From Mobula hypostoma (taxonomy: Eukaryota): DNA of 64,000 bases. The stretch covers positions 31,002,001-31,066,000 of the forward strand of contig NC_086109.1 in the NCBI RefSeq assembly GCF_963921235.1, written 5' to 3'. Below are positions 36,466-50,591 of the stretch, in pieces; the first letter of the stretch is position 1; each line of letters starts with the position of its first letter. Both the position numbers and the translations under genes were made by a program. The notes under the pieces were generated by a model. That model was not told where the DNA came from and searched no databases. It was given only the letters and a program-made list of their open reading frames with translations.

Positions 36466-36705
36466 TGTTATATTTTGTAACTTCAAAACATCAAAAAACA
36501 AATTGACGGGAAAACAAGGGAGCCGGGAGATAGCTTGTGTATGTTTGTTTTTATTTAGCACATATGATGTGCTAGCATCATGACATATGCAATTCATGTA
36601 CATATAACCCGTAGTGATTTATTTAAACATACAAGAATGTTTAATTAAATGATATACTGTATTTGCAAATTACATAAATGTTACTGAAATAATAAATACA
36701 CAACA
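36466..36705 (-). mobile_element. Solo LTR of the same Gypsy family as 18562-25984
   Basis: tgttatattttgtaacttcaaaacat is the reverse complement of the LTR end at 25959-25984; ends aatacacaaca. Confidence 0.8.
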
Positions 36706-39700
36706 GCGGCTGATTAATCTATATCTTCCATGTTCATATTGAATACTCATGACATTTATATATATATGAAGTATTAACATTATTTCCTTGTGATAGCAAT
36801 TAAGAGACATCTATTCAATTTTTGTTGGAAAAATTATGTGATCCATGCCTTTTTAACTAATTGACATCTAATTCAGATGTACTTTGTTACCTACCATATT
36901 TCAATTGTCAGTTTGGTTTGGGATGTAGGACTAAGTCTGAACATAAACTGTTCCAAACCTTTCTCAATGCTTCTCTTACCCCAGTTCTCTGTAAAAATTA
37001 GCCAGTGAAAATTATGAAATCAGTGGAAGTGAAGGATGGTCATCTGGTCTCCAGTACATGCTGGTGAAAGGTGCACCATACAAGAATCCCAGAGAATCTG
37101 ATAGCTGAACTGTATCGGGTGTTCATCAAGGTCAGGTGGAGGGGACCAGTCATTTCTGACCACAGACACAACTGCACAGAGAAGAAACTGTTCGCCATCA
37201 GACTTTTACAAATGAAGTCAATTGAAATTTGAGGTCACTAGAGGTTTTCCATTGAAAAGGATCTGTTGACCCCCTCATTGGATCAAACAGGTGAGGTCAT
37301 GTAGGATAAATTATCCACCTGAATAGCCACAAAGGAAAGGGTATGGTTATCCAGTTCTTTGTGATCTGAACTAAACATAAGTAAAGATCAAAGGGCCCCA
37401 TTATAGTTGACACATTTTCCTTGCAAGAATACAAGAGTGAAATATCTATTCACTTTCTAAAAATGCAGCCAAAGTTAACTTTTGCTTTAACTCATGCAGG
37501 GGAGCTTTAACTGGGACTAGCTAGTCATGATATTGGCCTCCTGTTGGGATGTGCAACTAATCAACACATAGTTAGTTCTGGCTGGGTACAGCCATCATGT
37601 AAATGAGCAGGCAGTGTGAAATTGGCATCCTCCTTGTATTGAGGTAATGTTTGGAGTTTCACTGAAGTCCCAGTGCTCATTTTCAGGGGCTATTGAATTA
37701 GCCACCTTGATGATTTCCCCACAGAAAGCGAAGACCAGAGACCAAGGTTGTCTGGCAAAGCACATCATTTCATAGCAGGTTTCAAAAATATAAAATAATT
37801 TCTGATGCTTTCACAACTTGATTACGCTGGATAACAATAAACATTTAATATAGAATTTATATATTATGTACTATACGTGGGAGCCATTAAAGCCTACTGC
37901 ACTTCACTAATATTGAGTTTGAAAATTCCTATTTACAACTTGTACAAAGCATAATTAGTAAACACTAGTAGACTGAAATAGGGATTAAAGTAGAGAACTG
38001 TCAGGTGTTTATTATTACTTTACGCGTCCGGGAATATTCAACAGTGCAAGAGAAAAGCAATTTACAGTTGATGTATTTGATTTAGTTGATGCTACTGTAA
38101 TGGAGAGAAATTTATACAGAGTGAGGATTATTCAATATAAGTTTCTGATGGAATTTTCACCAAATAATGAATGCCAGCAGAAGTAGAATTTTACTAATAA
38201 TACTGGATTAAAGAAATAAATGAAGCCTTGAGATTATTTTATTCCACACAACTGTATGCATGTTGAAGAAGTGAAGAGCTTTTTAAGAAAACCGTAAAAA
38301 ATTATTACTGAAAGTGTTGAACATGATAGTTGGTTGCGAGAAATACATACTTCTCTAATGTGTATTTGAGAAATGTCAAAAGGTATTAACTGAACTGCAA
38401 AACTAATTGATATTTTAGCCTGCTGCCTATAAACACTAACTAGATTTTTGAATGTGAGTACAAGATTCAGATGCTTTTACTCACAGATTTAGCAAATATT
38501 GAGCTCTTTTAATACCAATATATAAGTTTGGAATTATTGTTTGCACTGCTTGGCTATAAGTGTTTTCTATAGCACTAGCCTTTTTTTTTACTGTTTCAGT
38601 GCCTTCTATTGTAAGATTTTACCAGTGATTCATTTTAATACAGCAGAATCTGACTCACTTGTGGTAGTTTTGTTGTCATTTAGAATTGAACACCAATTTT
38701 GGGAAAGTTGTAAGCAATCATTTTCAGCTATTGGTTGTCAACAAACTTACTGGAATATTGAAAATGTTATTCAACCTAGAGAGCAATCTCTGAAAATCAC
38801 ACCAATTTCAAAAAGTTTTCTTTATGTTTCTATTCAAATCAACCTTTGTATTGCTAAATATAAAATTTACCAAGAATTTAACATCTGGCAAACTTATAAT
38901 ATTAAAACCAAAAAAGTAATTTATAATTATTCTTAATATATTTAATTAGAAAAGACTGGAGCGGTCTGATTAATACAACTGTTAAAAGAGTTTATTACAA
39001 AATATAAGGAATGTGTAAAACATTTGGGAATAACTCAAATTTACATTATTAGAAATTAATATTAACAAGATCTGCAAATCATTTACTAGTTATATTCAGT
39101 TACAGTAATCAGTTTCTTAGTAAATTAGAAAAAGTAAAATTATATTCAAAAGCTTTTAAAGTCTAAGTAGCAATTTTGAAGCTTACTGGTGGAGTAATTA
39201 GTGTGTGGGAATTGTTACTTTTGGTCTGAGATGAATAGCATGGATGTATAGAAGGGGTATCTGATTCAGTGAATGATTATGAAAGGAATAGAAAAATATA
39301 TCAGAAGAAAAGGAATGAGAGGAATTTCTTGTGGAATACAAAGAAACTGCTGGACAGACTGGCCCTTTTCCATGTGCAAATTCATTGTAATAGCCTATGT
39401 TCAGAGATGTTCTGCTGTATTTCAGTCTGCTTCCCTCAAAAGCTGATCTCTGAAAATAGTCATTTCTTCCTGTTTGTCCTTGCCAATGCTCCATTTGGAT
39501 TTTGCCTAAATTCTTCTGAAACTCCAGTCTGTGCACTGCCTATCCTCAGGCTTTTACTCTCTACTTCCAGAGATTCCCCTTTATTCTCAATGTATTCTTT
39601 CCTTTATTCTCGATACTTCCTTTCATTTCTCATAGTCCCAAGTGCTGAGATAGCCCTCTTAATCCTCACTATTCACCTGCCCCACTATTCACTTTTCACT

Positions 39701-40130
39701 TTTTTGGAATGCTGAAATCCTATTAACAAACACATTACCTGGTAATATTCCCAATTCTTATACAATATCTTCCTCACTATGAACCATACAGAGGTAGTTT
39801 TCTTTTACAATAGTCTTGTAATTTGAGGATCGTACTTGTCACAACTATCATAACTGAAAGTTTGCTTTAGAGACATCTTGTCATGAGCGCCTAATCTCAA
39901 AGGTACTCCGCCACAACACTGACATATGTAATTACAATAAAAAAAGATCAAATATTGTTAATGGATGAGAAGAGGAGTGGATACCATACTTGACATGCAT
40001 TCTTCCAAGATGATTTTGTTGAATGCTCATTTTATGGAAGATTCCCCAAAATGTCTAGTCTAATAACAGGAAAAGCTGCACCATAAAGAGAATGGAAAAA
40101 GTAGACTGAGACACATTGTCATCACATCCT

Positions 40131-40390
40131 GATGGCATGGTAGCATAGTGGTTAACACAATGGACCCGGGTTCAATTCCTGCCGCTGCCTGTAAGGAGTT
40201 TGTACGTTCTTGCCGTGACCATGTGGGTTTCCTCTGGTGCTCCAGTTTCCTCCAGATGTACTGGTTGGTAGGTTAATTGTTCATTGTAAATTGTCCTGTG
40301 ATTAGGCAAGGATTAATTCAGAGGATTGCTGGGCAGTGTGGCTCAAAGACTGGAAGGGTCAATTCCATGCTGAACTTCAATACATATTTA
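40131..40390 (+). mobile_element. tRNA-derived V-domain SINE (HE1-like)
   Basis: A box tagcatagtgg, B box gggttcaattcc, V-domain ggagtttgtacgttct..gggtttcctctggtgctccagtttcctcc. Confidence 0.85.
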
Positions 40391-43300
40391 AAAAATGTAA
40401 AACACATATTCTTGTGCTTCTTTGCATTACCGCTGTGTACAAATATATCAATGTCCATGAAACAGACAGTGCTATGTAGGTTTTGATATGCAGACAGCTG
40501 ATAATTAAATAGATAGATTAGTAGCGTAAACTAGATTAAACTTGTCTATAGAAGGAGTAGAGTAGAAAAAACAACAATGGAATTATGCATTCATTCAATG
40601 AGTATACAAGCCAAGAAAATCAGATTTTGTCCCAGTTTGTATTGAATTCCCTGATCTTGGGCAATGTGCCATATGAAGCAATAATATTGGCGCTGCTCCT
40701 CACAAGTTAGGAAAGGGAAGTTTGGTCAAGGGTTTTAGTTGTTGGATGTGTTGAGTTGAGCACACAATTGGGACTGTCAGGTTGGCCTCTGGAGAACTAT
40801 AGCCTGCCAACAATCAATGTCGAGACAAACAAATGAATGTGCAAAGCTCAGGAGAGGAATAGACACATGAGGAAATTTGCTTTAGTGAAAAATCAACACT
40901 TTCAGAAAGTGTGATGAGTGAGGTGAGAGAAATTAACTAGGATAGCGAAAAGATTATCCCTTATAAAAATAAAGAATTTGGCTGATCCTTCAATGACTTT
41001 ACAGGATTTATTTTATTCTACATTTATTTTGGATAATAGGTACAATAACTATACTGGAAGGTGACTCTTGCTGAGGTAGTTTAGATATTTGGAAATAATG
41101 ATGGCTATTATAGTTTCCAAGTGAATACATACATATATAACCCATGTGTTTCACAATTTTGGATTTCTGAACACCAACACAGACTACGTGGGCTGGATGA
41201 TCTGTTCTGTGTTGGTAATCATGGAATGATAAATTTTAGCAGTGAATTAACTTTGATTTCTTCCACTGAATTTCAATGTTTTAGTTAGGCTGCAATTGCA
41301 GACACAACATGTGTCTGCAACAGACACCTCACTGCAGAAGTTTGTTCGAACAATATGACAGTTCAGCCTTTCTTCAAAGCTGTTTACTTCTGAAAAGCTG
41401 TTTTGAATTCAAGGTCAGAATGCTCAGAATTTATTCTAGTCATGCTTGTGGAATGTGTTGTACTCGGCACATAAAACACTCAATAGTTGCAAGTAAGAAT
41501 GCTGTGGCTTATATTCATAGCAACATCATACAGCTTCAAGTAAAGGTTGGATCTGCAGGACAGTTATTTGCAATGAATTTGTTAAAATAAATGAATTCAT
41601 TCATAATTATATGTTTATGATTAAGGGGGTCTTTCACTAAGTTCCATTTGGTATTGTGATTTACTGCATGTTTTAGAGACATTATGGACAACCTTTGAGG
41701 TAAGATATGGTTCTGAATGCAGGTCACATTGATTTTCAATAACATTTCCTTTTTTTTAAGAAAAGAAACAATTTAGCAGATACATTTGCATAAAAACGCA
41801 CAGCAAACATTCTTGTTCCTCTGAAGTTTGCTGTGCATAGTGAACATATGCAGGACATTTCTCTGAAATGTTGTTAGTAGAGTTTAAACTATTTTATAGA
41901 TAATTTGTACTAAAGAATGAAAAATATATTTGCTTATGGTACATTAAATGTTATAGCTTTATGTAATGAAAGTTTGCATTCAAAATAGAACAACCATGAA
42001 GAGGCAATATAAGTGATAGCTTCAGGAAAGCTTCTCAGCTTAACAATCTACAGAAATAATGCCACTGGCATTTGCTTGAATGATTTTGGTCCTGAGATAG
42101 CATTAGCAGCAAATTTTCAACGAGGATTAAACAAACAACTCTGGTGTCAAACAAAAGCAGCATCAGTATGTTTTGTCAATGATTACAGTAATTACATTCA
42201 GACATATATTTAAAGCTCTTTCACTCTATTCACATTTCATTTTGCAAGCAGGTTCTTTGTTCTGCCAGCTGTGAATCTTTAGGTAATGCACTTGCTGAGT
42301 TGGAATATTTTCACTTCAAGTTCCCCTATAATGACTTTTGTAAGTGTAAATAGCCACAGCAAGACAAGGCTCTTCTATTCTCTAAGGTGAATGCAAAAGG
42401 TCCAATAAAACAATTTTGAAAGAAAGATATAGAGATTCCTTGAGCCCTGGCCCAATATTTGTCCCTCAGTCGATACCTCTAAAATTGTGAATTTAAGGAA
42501 AACTGCAGATACTGGAATTTCAGAATATAAGCCTAAAGCATTAGAAACACTCAGCAGGTTGGGCAGCATCCGAGGAAGGAGAAACAGTTAATGATTCAAG
42601 TCTTATACCCTTTGTAATATATTTGATTTTCTGTGCTTTATATTTGTTATCTTCTGCCTCATTTCCTATAAAATGACAATATGCAGATATTTATTTGGAT
42701 AATAGTGATCTGACTTAATGGAGATGCAATTTTTTTTCTACCCTAATTCCTTCTAATACTTCTGCATGACCAACAGAGCTTGATCAATGACAAATCCCTC
42801 TACCGTTTCTATTAGATCTGCCTATCCCATTTTCTCCATTTCTTCAATGGAGATTTCAGCTCCATATCCGTTTGTTCCACTGTCACCAGTTGACACATTT
42901 AGCACCTCCCCATATAATCTACAATTTTTTTCCTCCATCTCATAGATTTGGATCTACTTCAATTAAAGGTCTTTAACACTTTCTTGGTTTTGATGCCTTC
43001 CCAAATTATTTTTAGTGCCTCTCATTGTACTTACAGAAAAAAAACAACAGCTGCTTTGTTCTAAACGTGTTGCTTTTGACAGATTTGAAGCCCTGAAATG
43101 AGCTGTGGTGAAACTTTGTCATACTGTAATAGGCTAGTCATGGTCTCATTTGCAATAATCACCCTCCATGGTGCTATAGAACCTAGAAGCTCTAGGAGTT
43201 TTGCTGACGTAAAGAATTGGTACCCAGAAGACTTTGATGAACCCTGGCTTGCCCTTACTGAGGTGCAGGAAGAGGTCATTCAGCCTATTTGCTCTCTGCA

Positions 43301-43799
43301 GAGTTAAGTTTCCTATCAGTTCTAATCCCCTTCTCTTCTGTAGCCCTATGGCCTTTTCTTTTTTAGATTGACTTTATATTGGCTCCCTTTTCTTTCTTTT
43401 GCCACCTGTAAGTGATGATGAACAGTAATTAATTAATTAATAACTGGGACAATTTTAGGCTGTGGATAGAAACTTGAGAACCTAGCGCGAACCCTTAATC
43501 GTAGAGTTGACATCTAAACTCTTCAGGGTCAGAATCAGATCTATGTCCCTGTAGCTATGAGGAGTAGCAGTAACTACTGCAGTAATGTACATCAAAGTTC
43601 TTGCTACAATTCTACTTAGTTCTTAGTCTTTCTGGAAGATTTTATTATCAACGCATGATTTACAAAGGAATATTTAAAAAATGACCAGACTGGACGAATG
43701 TGGAGGAAAGAGTGACTTGGAAACAGCAAATCCTTAAAGGGAGTTTGACAGGTCAATGATATGGTTACAAAGGCAAGCAGCATTATTTTTTTTTTATTA

Positions 43800-44350
43800 G
43801 TCAAGGCATCAGATTATGCTACAACTGTATGAAATGCAATTTAGATCACAGCTTGAGGATTATGCACAGTTTGGATCACCGCATTAGAGGAAAAATGCAC
43901 TGGAAAATTTTCAAATGAGATTTGTGATGATGCTGGCAGTACTGGAATATTGTACCTTTGAGGAAAGACTGGCTAAGGTTGTTTTCTTTGTAATAAAGGA
44001 CACAGCGAGGAACCTGAACTGAACTGTATAGCATAAAGAGGGGCCTAGATAAAATAAATAGGTAGGACCTGTTACTCCTAGTCATGAGGTTGAAGGCCAG
44101 GAAGAATTGATTTAAAGCAATTAGTACAAGGAGTAAAAGACAGATGAAGAGACATGTTTCACCCAGACCTGGAGCTCACTACTAAAAGAAATGGTTCAGG
44201 TAGAAACCATCATCTAACCTAAAAGGATGCGAACTAGGGCTATGGAACTAATGCTGGTATGTGGAATTAGACTGCATTGTTTTCTTTTCCCAATTGGGTG
44301 AACACAGTATGTTGAATATCTTCCTTTAGTATTAGAAATGTTGTTTGATT
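43800..44350 (+). mobile_element. Very old CR1 3' fragment
   Basis: cagcttgaggattatgcacagtttggatcaccgc (decayed LEYCVQFWSP) and downstream CR1-like motifs. Confidence 0.55.
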
Positions 44351-44504
44351 CTGTAATCTAAAGTTCTTCCTTTATTAATAGAGGGACTCTAACTGGGTAT
44401 ATTATGAGAGGTTGAATTAAATTGATTTCCCATAACTCCTGATCAGTCACTTTAGATACTTGTCAAGTTCTGATTTTTATATATATATTATGGTTTTTAC
44501 ATTA

Positions 44505-44740
44505 GAACCTGGAGTGCAAAACTAGATTAAGTAATATTAAGAGAGTGCTACACTATATTTCAAATGTGATGTTAAAATGAGGCTGTTTCAGCCCTTAAAA
44601 GGACCTTAAAGTTCCCATGCCAAAATCTACCCACTAACTAACATCACTAATAAAGAATATGTGGCCCTACGTGAAAGATTCAGTTGTGAAAGTTTCATCT
44701 TTTACAATAGTTGCAATTGAATATCTTGAAGGGTGTTCTT
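44505..44740 (+). mobile_element. Degenerate Deu-domain SINE (AmnSINE/SacSINE-like)
   Basis: gagagtgctacact..tttcaaatgtgatgttaaaatgaggc..aaagttcccatg..ctaactaacatcactaa resembles the Deu core as I recall it; not aligned. Confidence 0.45.
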
Positions 44741-44913
44741 TATACATTTTCGTTTTAATGAATTGTTTGGGCTAACCAATCCAACTAATATACAAAACTA
44801 AGGAAAAGAAAAATGAAACAGTAAACTCCAAAATACAATTGAAACAAGTATTCCTGTCTTCAGTGACTGTTTGCATGCTCATTTGAGCAGTTAGCAAGCA
44901 GAATAGCACAACA

Positions 44914-47645
44914 GGAAGGATGGGGAGGTAGGTAAAGAGGGTGGCGTGGCCCTGATGGTAAGTAACGATATCAAATCAATAGAAAGAAGGGACATAGGAT
45001 CAGAAGAGGTAGAATCCTTATGGGTAGAATTAAGAAATGGCAAGGGTAAAAAGACACTAATAGCAGTTATATACAGGCCTCCAAACAGCAGTCGGGATGT
45101 GGACTACAAGTTGCAGCTGGAAATAGAAAAAGCGTGTCAGAAGGGCAATGTCAAGATAATTATGGGGGATTTTAATATGAAAGTGGATTGGGAAAGTCGG
45201 GAAGGTAATGGATCTCAGAAGAAGGAGTTTGTAGAATGCCTACAGGATGGCTTTTTGGAGCAACTTGTCCAGAAGCCCACCAGGGGACCGGCTGTTTTGG
45301 ATTGGGTGCTGTGTAACGAACCTGAGGCGATTAGGGTGCTGGAGGTAAAGGAACCTCTTGGAAGTAGTGATCATAATATGATTGAGTTCAGTTTCAAATT
45401 TGAAAAGGAGAAGCTGGTATCAGGTGTATCGATATTTCAGTGGAACAGGGGAAATTACAGTGGTATGAGAGAGGAACTGGCCCAAGTCAACTGGAAAAGT
45501 AAACTAAATGGAGGGATGGCAGAGCAGAATTGGATGAAATTCCTACAAGAAATAAGGAAAATGCAGGAAAAATATATTGGAAGAAAAAAGAAAATCATGA
45601 ATGGAAAAATGGCACAAATGTGGCTAACGAAAGAGGTTAAGGCAAAAATAAAAGCAAAAGAAACGGCGTACAAGGAAGCAAAAATTAGTGGGAAAAATGA
45701 GGACTGGAAGATCTTTAAAAAGTTACAGAAAGAAACTAAGAAAGTCATTAGGAAAGAAAAGATGAATTATGAAAGGAAGTTGGCGATTAACATAAAAAAG
45801 GATACTAAGAGTTTTTTTAAATATATGAAGAGTAAAAGAGTGACAAGGGTAGATATGGGACTGATTGAAAATGATGCTGGAGTAATTATAATGGATAACA
45901 AAGAGATGGCGGAAGAACTGAATGAGTATTTTGCATCAGTCTTCACAGTGGAAGACATGAGCAATATACCTGATTGCCAGAGGTATCAGGGAATAGAATT
46001 AGATACAGTCAAGATAACTAGAGAGAAAGTGCTTGGGAAGCTAAGTGGACTAAGAATAGATAAGTCTCCGGGCCCGGATGAGGTGCACCCAAGGGTTCTG
46101 AAGGAGGTGGCTTTGGAGATTGTGGAAGCATTGGAAATGATCTTCCAGGAATCAATAGACTCTGGCATGGTTCCGGAGGACTGGAAGGTCGCAGATGTAG
46201 TTCCGCTATTTAAGAAAGGAAAGAGGCAGCAAAAAGATAATTACAGACCTATTAGTCTGACATCGGTGGTTGGAAAGATATTGGAGTCAATCCTCAAGGA
46301 CGAGGTTATGAAATACCTCGAGGTGCATGACAAGATAGGCTGAAGCCAGCATGGTTTCATGAAGGGAAGATCCTGCCTTACTAACTTATTGGAATTTTTT
46401 GAGGTAATCACGAATAAGATTGACAAGGGAGAGGCTGTGGGTGTTGTGTATTTGGATTTTCAAAAGGCCTTTGATAAGGTGCCGCATATGAGGCTGCTTA
46501 ATAAGATGAGAGCACATGGAATTATAGGAAAAATATTGAAATGGGTGGAGCATTGGCTGATAGGCAGAAAGCAAAGGGTGGGGAAAAAAGGGATCCTATT
46601 CTGATTGGTTGCCGGTTACTAGTGGTGTTCCACAGGGGTCGGTGTTGGGGCCGCTTCTTTTTACGATGTATATCGATGATTTGGATTATGGCTTAAATGG
46701 TTTTGTGGCCAAGTTTGCGGATGACACCAAGATAGGTGGAGGAGCAGGAAATGTTGAAGAAATGGAAAAGTTGCAGAGAGACTTAGTCAGCTTAGGAGAG
46801 TGGGCAAAGAAATGGTAGATGAGATACAACGTTGACAAATGTACGGTTATACATTTCGGAAGAAGAAATAATCGGGCAGATTATTATTTAGATGGGGAGA
46901 AAATTCAAAAATCGGAAGTGCAAAGGGACTTGGGGGTCCTCGTGCGGGATACCCTAAAGGTTAACCACCAAGTTGGATTGGCGGTAAGGAAAGCGAATGC
47001 TATGTTGGCATCCATTTCAAGAGGAATAGAGTATAAGAGTAAGGAGGTGTTGGTGAGGCTCTGTGGGGCATTAGTGAGACCTCATTTGGAATACTGTGTG
47101 CAGTTTTGGGCCCCCTATCTTAGAAAGGATATACTGATGTTGGAGAGAGTTCAGAGAAGATTTACGAGGATGATTCCTGGAATGCAGGGGCTAACATATT
47201 AGGAGCATCTGTCGGCTCTTGGATTGTATTCATTAGAGTATAGAAGAATGAGAGGGGATCTCATAGAAACGTTTCGAATGTTGAAAGGGTTGGACAGAGT
47301 AGATGTGGAAAGGTTGTTTCCCTTGGTGGGTGAGTCCAGGACAAGAGGCCATAGTCTTAGAATTAGAGGGTACCCAGTTAAAACAGAGATGAGGAGAAAT
47401 TTTTTTAGCCAGAGGGTCGTGGGTTTGTGGAATTCGTTGCCACATATGGCTGTGGAGGCCCGATCATTGAAGGTGTTTAAGGAGGAGATTGACAGGTATC
47501 TAATTAGTCAGGGTATCAAGGAATATGGGGAAAAAGCTGGAAATTGGAACTAGATGGGTGAATAGTTTAGCTCATGGGGGAGCTGCGGAGCAGACTCGAT
47601 GGGCCGAATGGCCTACTTCTGCTCCTTTGTCTTGTGATCTTGTGA
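44914..47645 (+). mobile_element. Young 5'-truncated CR1 LINE; ORF2 has few lesions
   Basis: 465-aa open stretch 44946-46343 (YRPP, GDFN, SDHN, VPEDWK); then RT DFQKAFD, GVPQGSVLGP, FADD; three in-frame stops and one frameshift; tail tcttgtgatcttgtga. Confidence 0.95.
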
Positions 47646-47751
47646 ATTTTATTTCCGATTGCTTGATATCTAGTGCATTAATCAACAAGTCTCATTCCTG
47701 GAAATTTCAAGGCAATCCAGGATGGTCTGAATATTTATGATAACTTATGCT

Positions 47752-48018
47752 TGGAAGTAGGTACAGAGGAGATCTCAGGGCTAAGATTTTTATGCAGAGA
47801 GTGGTAAGTGAGTGGAACGGGCTACCGACGACGGTGGTGGAGGCGGATACAATAGGGTCTTTTAAGGCGCTCCTGAATAGGTACATGGAGCTTAGAAAAA
47901 TAGAGGGCTATGAGCGACCTGAGGTAATTTCTAAAGTAAGTACATGTTCGGCACAACATTCTGGGCTGAAGGGCCTGTATTGTGCTGTAGGTTTTCTATG
48001 TTCTGTTTCTATGTTCTA
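47752..48018 (+). mobile_element. CR1 3' end of a second subfamily
   Basis: FMQRVVSEWNGLP..VVEADTIGSFK; gggctgaagggcct hairpin; (ttctatg)n-like tail. Confidence 0.8.
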
Positions 48019-48429
48019 TAACATTAATGAATGAAATAAAGACCTGGAAAGAATTTGCTAGAAAGCTCACCAAGTAGACGGAAATGGATGCTCGTAATTT
48101 GTAAAATAAGTCTTGATTTTCTCATTTTGACCACAATTTTTTCTACAATACCCATTCCCTAATGCTTATTTTCTTCTCATGGACCTCATATTGGTGTTAA
48201 GACATTATGCTGTCTTTCTGCTTTTTGTTGTGAAAATCATAATGAGGTTAATGTAAATATAGAAATCATGGAATTGATTACAGTCTTGATTTCTTCTTCG
48301 GCATGAATGTGAAAGTGAACAAATGCAGATCTTTGCTATTTAAACTCCTAGAAGAGAATTTCTTTCTTTGTTCCTCAAAGCAGTAAGAGCAATTATCATA
48401 TCAGTGGTCCGGGCAGACTATGTTTTGGT

Positions 48430-49600
48430 TTACTGTTGTTACATGTACTGAGGTATGGTCCAAAACTTGTTTTGCATACTGTCCATGTGGATCAATTGAT
48501 TCCAACATTGCATTGCAGTAGTACAAGGTAGACAGTAACGAAATGCAGAATCAAGTGTACAAATATAGAGAAAGAGCAGTGCAGTGAGATAAGAAGGTTC
48601 AAGGTCAGAACATGGTGGATTGTCAAGAGGCTATCTTATCATACTAGGAAACCATTTAATTGTCTTAGAACAGTAGGGTAAAATCGTCCCTCAAGCCTGG
48701 CTTTTGTATCTTCTGCCTGATGGGAGGTGGTGGGGGTGGGGGGGAGAGAAAAAGTCTGGGATGGGTAGGAGTCATTGATTATGTTGGCTGCATTACTGAG
48801 GCAGTGAGAAGAATAGACAGAAGGGAGGCTAGTTTTCATGTCGTGCTGCTCTGTTTCCACAACTTTGCAGTTTCTTGTGGTCGGATGCAGAGTAGTTGCC
48901 ATACCAAGCAGATAGGATACTTTTTATGGAGCATTGATAAAAATTAATTGTTATGGGTTATTAGGGACACACCAGATTTCTTTATCCTTCTGAGGAAATA
49001 GGGGGATTGCTGAACTTACTTGGCATTGAGGTCTGTGTGTTTGGAACAGGATAGGATCTTGGTGATGCTATTCCTGGGGACTTTCAGAGTTCTCAACCTC
49101 AGCACTGTTGATGAGGACAGAAACCTTGACTTCCTGAAGAAAATGACCAGCTCTTGTGTTTTGCTGATATTAAGGGAAAGGTTGTTGTCACGACACTTAT
49201 CACTAAGCTCTTTGTCTCCTTCCTGTAGACCCACTCATCATTATTTACGATATGGCCTACTACCATGGTATCAACTGTGAACTTTTAGCTGGAGTCAGAA
49301 CAGAATATGCAGTCATGATGGTACAGGGAGTTTGGGGGGCTGGGGGTTGAGATGAGGATGCAACCTTTTGGAGCACCAGTGTTAAGAATAATTGTGCTGG
49401 AGGTGTTGCTGCCTTTCCTTACTGTTTGCAGTTATTTGGTCAGGAAGTCAAGGATTCATTTACAGCAGGAGGTGTTGTTATCCAGGTCTTGGAGTTTGGT
49501 GATGAGTTGGTTTGGAATTATAGTACTGAAGTTAGAGCTATATTCAATAAACAGCTGTCTATCTTACATGTCTTTACTGTCCAGCTGCTCCAGAGTTGTG
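48430..49600 (-). mobile_element. Old Rex1/Babar LINE fragment
   Basis: Minus strand CRDNNLSLNISKTQELVIFFRK; ggtgctccaaaaggttgc (GAPQGC-like). Confidence 0.75.
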
Positions 49601-50591
49601 TTTGGGGCCATGACCAATTAATCAAACCAAGTACACCTTCTACTTCAGATTTACTACCTACCAGGGAAAATATCCAAATAAGTTAGGCATTTTTTTTTCA
49701 AATAAATTCACCTAGGAATTGAATTAAAACAATAATTAAATATCAACTTTGCATCCCAGTCTAAATTTTGCATTCTTTGTATGAAATCAGATTTGTTTCT
49801 TGAGGAGTAAAGTTTCTTTATCTTTCATCCTCTCATTTCTCTTTACTCTGTGTTATTCTGCTTCATTTGCTGAAGGATTGGACAGGCACTTTGATAAAGT
49901 CCCTGCAGAGCCAGCTTTCCTCGACAAGAAAGGACATGGCTGCAAAGAATTAATTTGTGTTCTGTCAGGGTCTGTCTATTTTGTACTTCCCATTTTCCTT
50001 CACTAAAGCAAACTTACATTTCATGCACTCATTAATATTGAGATCTGGCTTTGTGACTGAATAAAGCCTTTTTTTTACTTTGCCGTCCAGTCTTGACATC
50101 AAACATTTTCAGTTCATGTATAACCTAGTTAAATGCAGACAAAGCCTTCATCTATATTATCCTGATAATGTACATTTAAGTCAATCTCAGAAGACTTGTG
50201 CATACTGTACTACTGTGACTTTGTCCACTTTGCATTGTTACAATCCTTTTGACAAATTATGTCCAGCTTTTTGCAGTGCCCACTCTACCAAGATTGCATT
50301 TACAATGCCCAAATTCATTTCATTTGGGACACTGAAAAGCCACAGAGAAGGCTTTCATCATTTTGTGTTTGAACTCAAGCAGTGTTTCCGGGTGGCAGAA
50401 TGCTGCAATGCAGAAGCAATGTTGGTTGCTTCTACATGGATGAATCACGTGGACCGAATAACCTTTCTTGTGTACTATTTGGTGACCTCGTGAACTCACT
50501 GACCCGTGTAGTTTCGTTTTACATTCGTGAAAGAATCTTTCACCTATTCATTTTTCAACGTGGTCTAACCATTCCCTTTTTGCATTTACAG

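Noticed and set aside
38000..39200. AT-rich stretch with a 131-aa ORF, possibly an ancient hAT transposase remnant
   Set aside because: Only a vague TRFL-like motif; no TIRs or convincing domain; cannot be supported without an HMM search.
40131..40185. tRNA gene (also considered at 8291, 56478 and 60900-60970)
   Set aside because: A and B boxes are SINE heads that continue into SINE bodies; no complete cloverleaf.
44946..46343. Longest ORF (465 aa) as a host gene
   Set aside because: It is CR1 ORF2 (APE and linker), 5'-truncated and followed by stops and a frameshift.
50080..50493. 137-aa ORF next to the TAFA5-like exon
   Set aside because: No recognisable domain, non-ATG start, lies in the intron upstream of the true acceptor.
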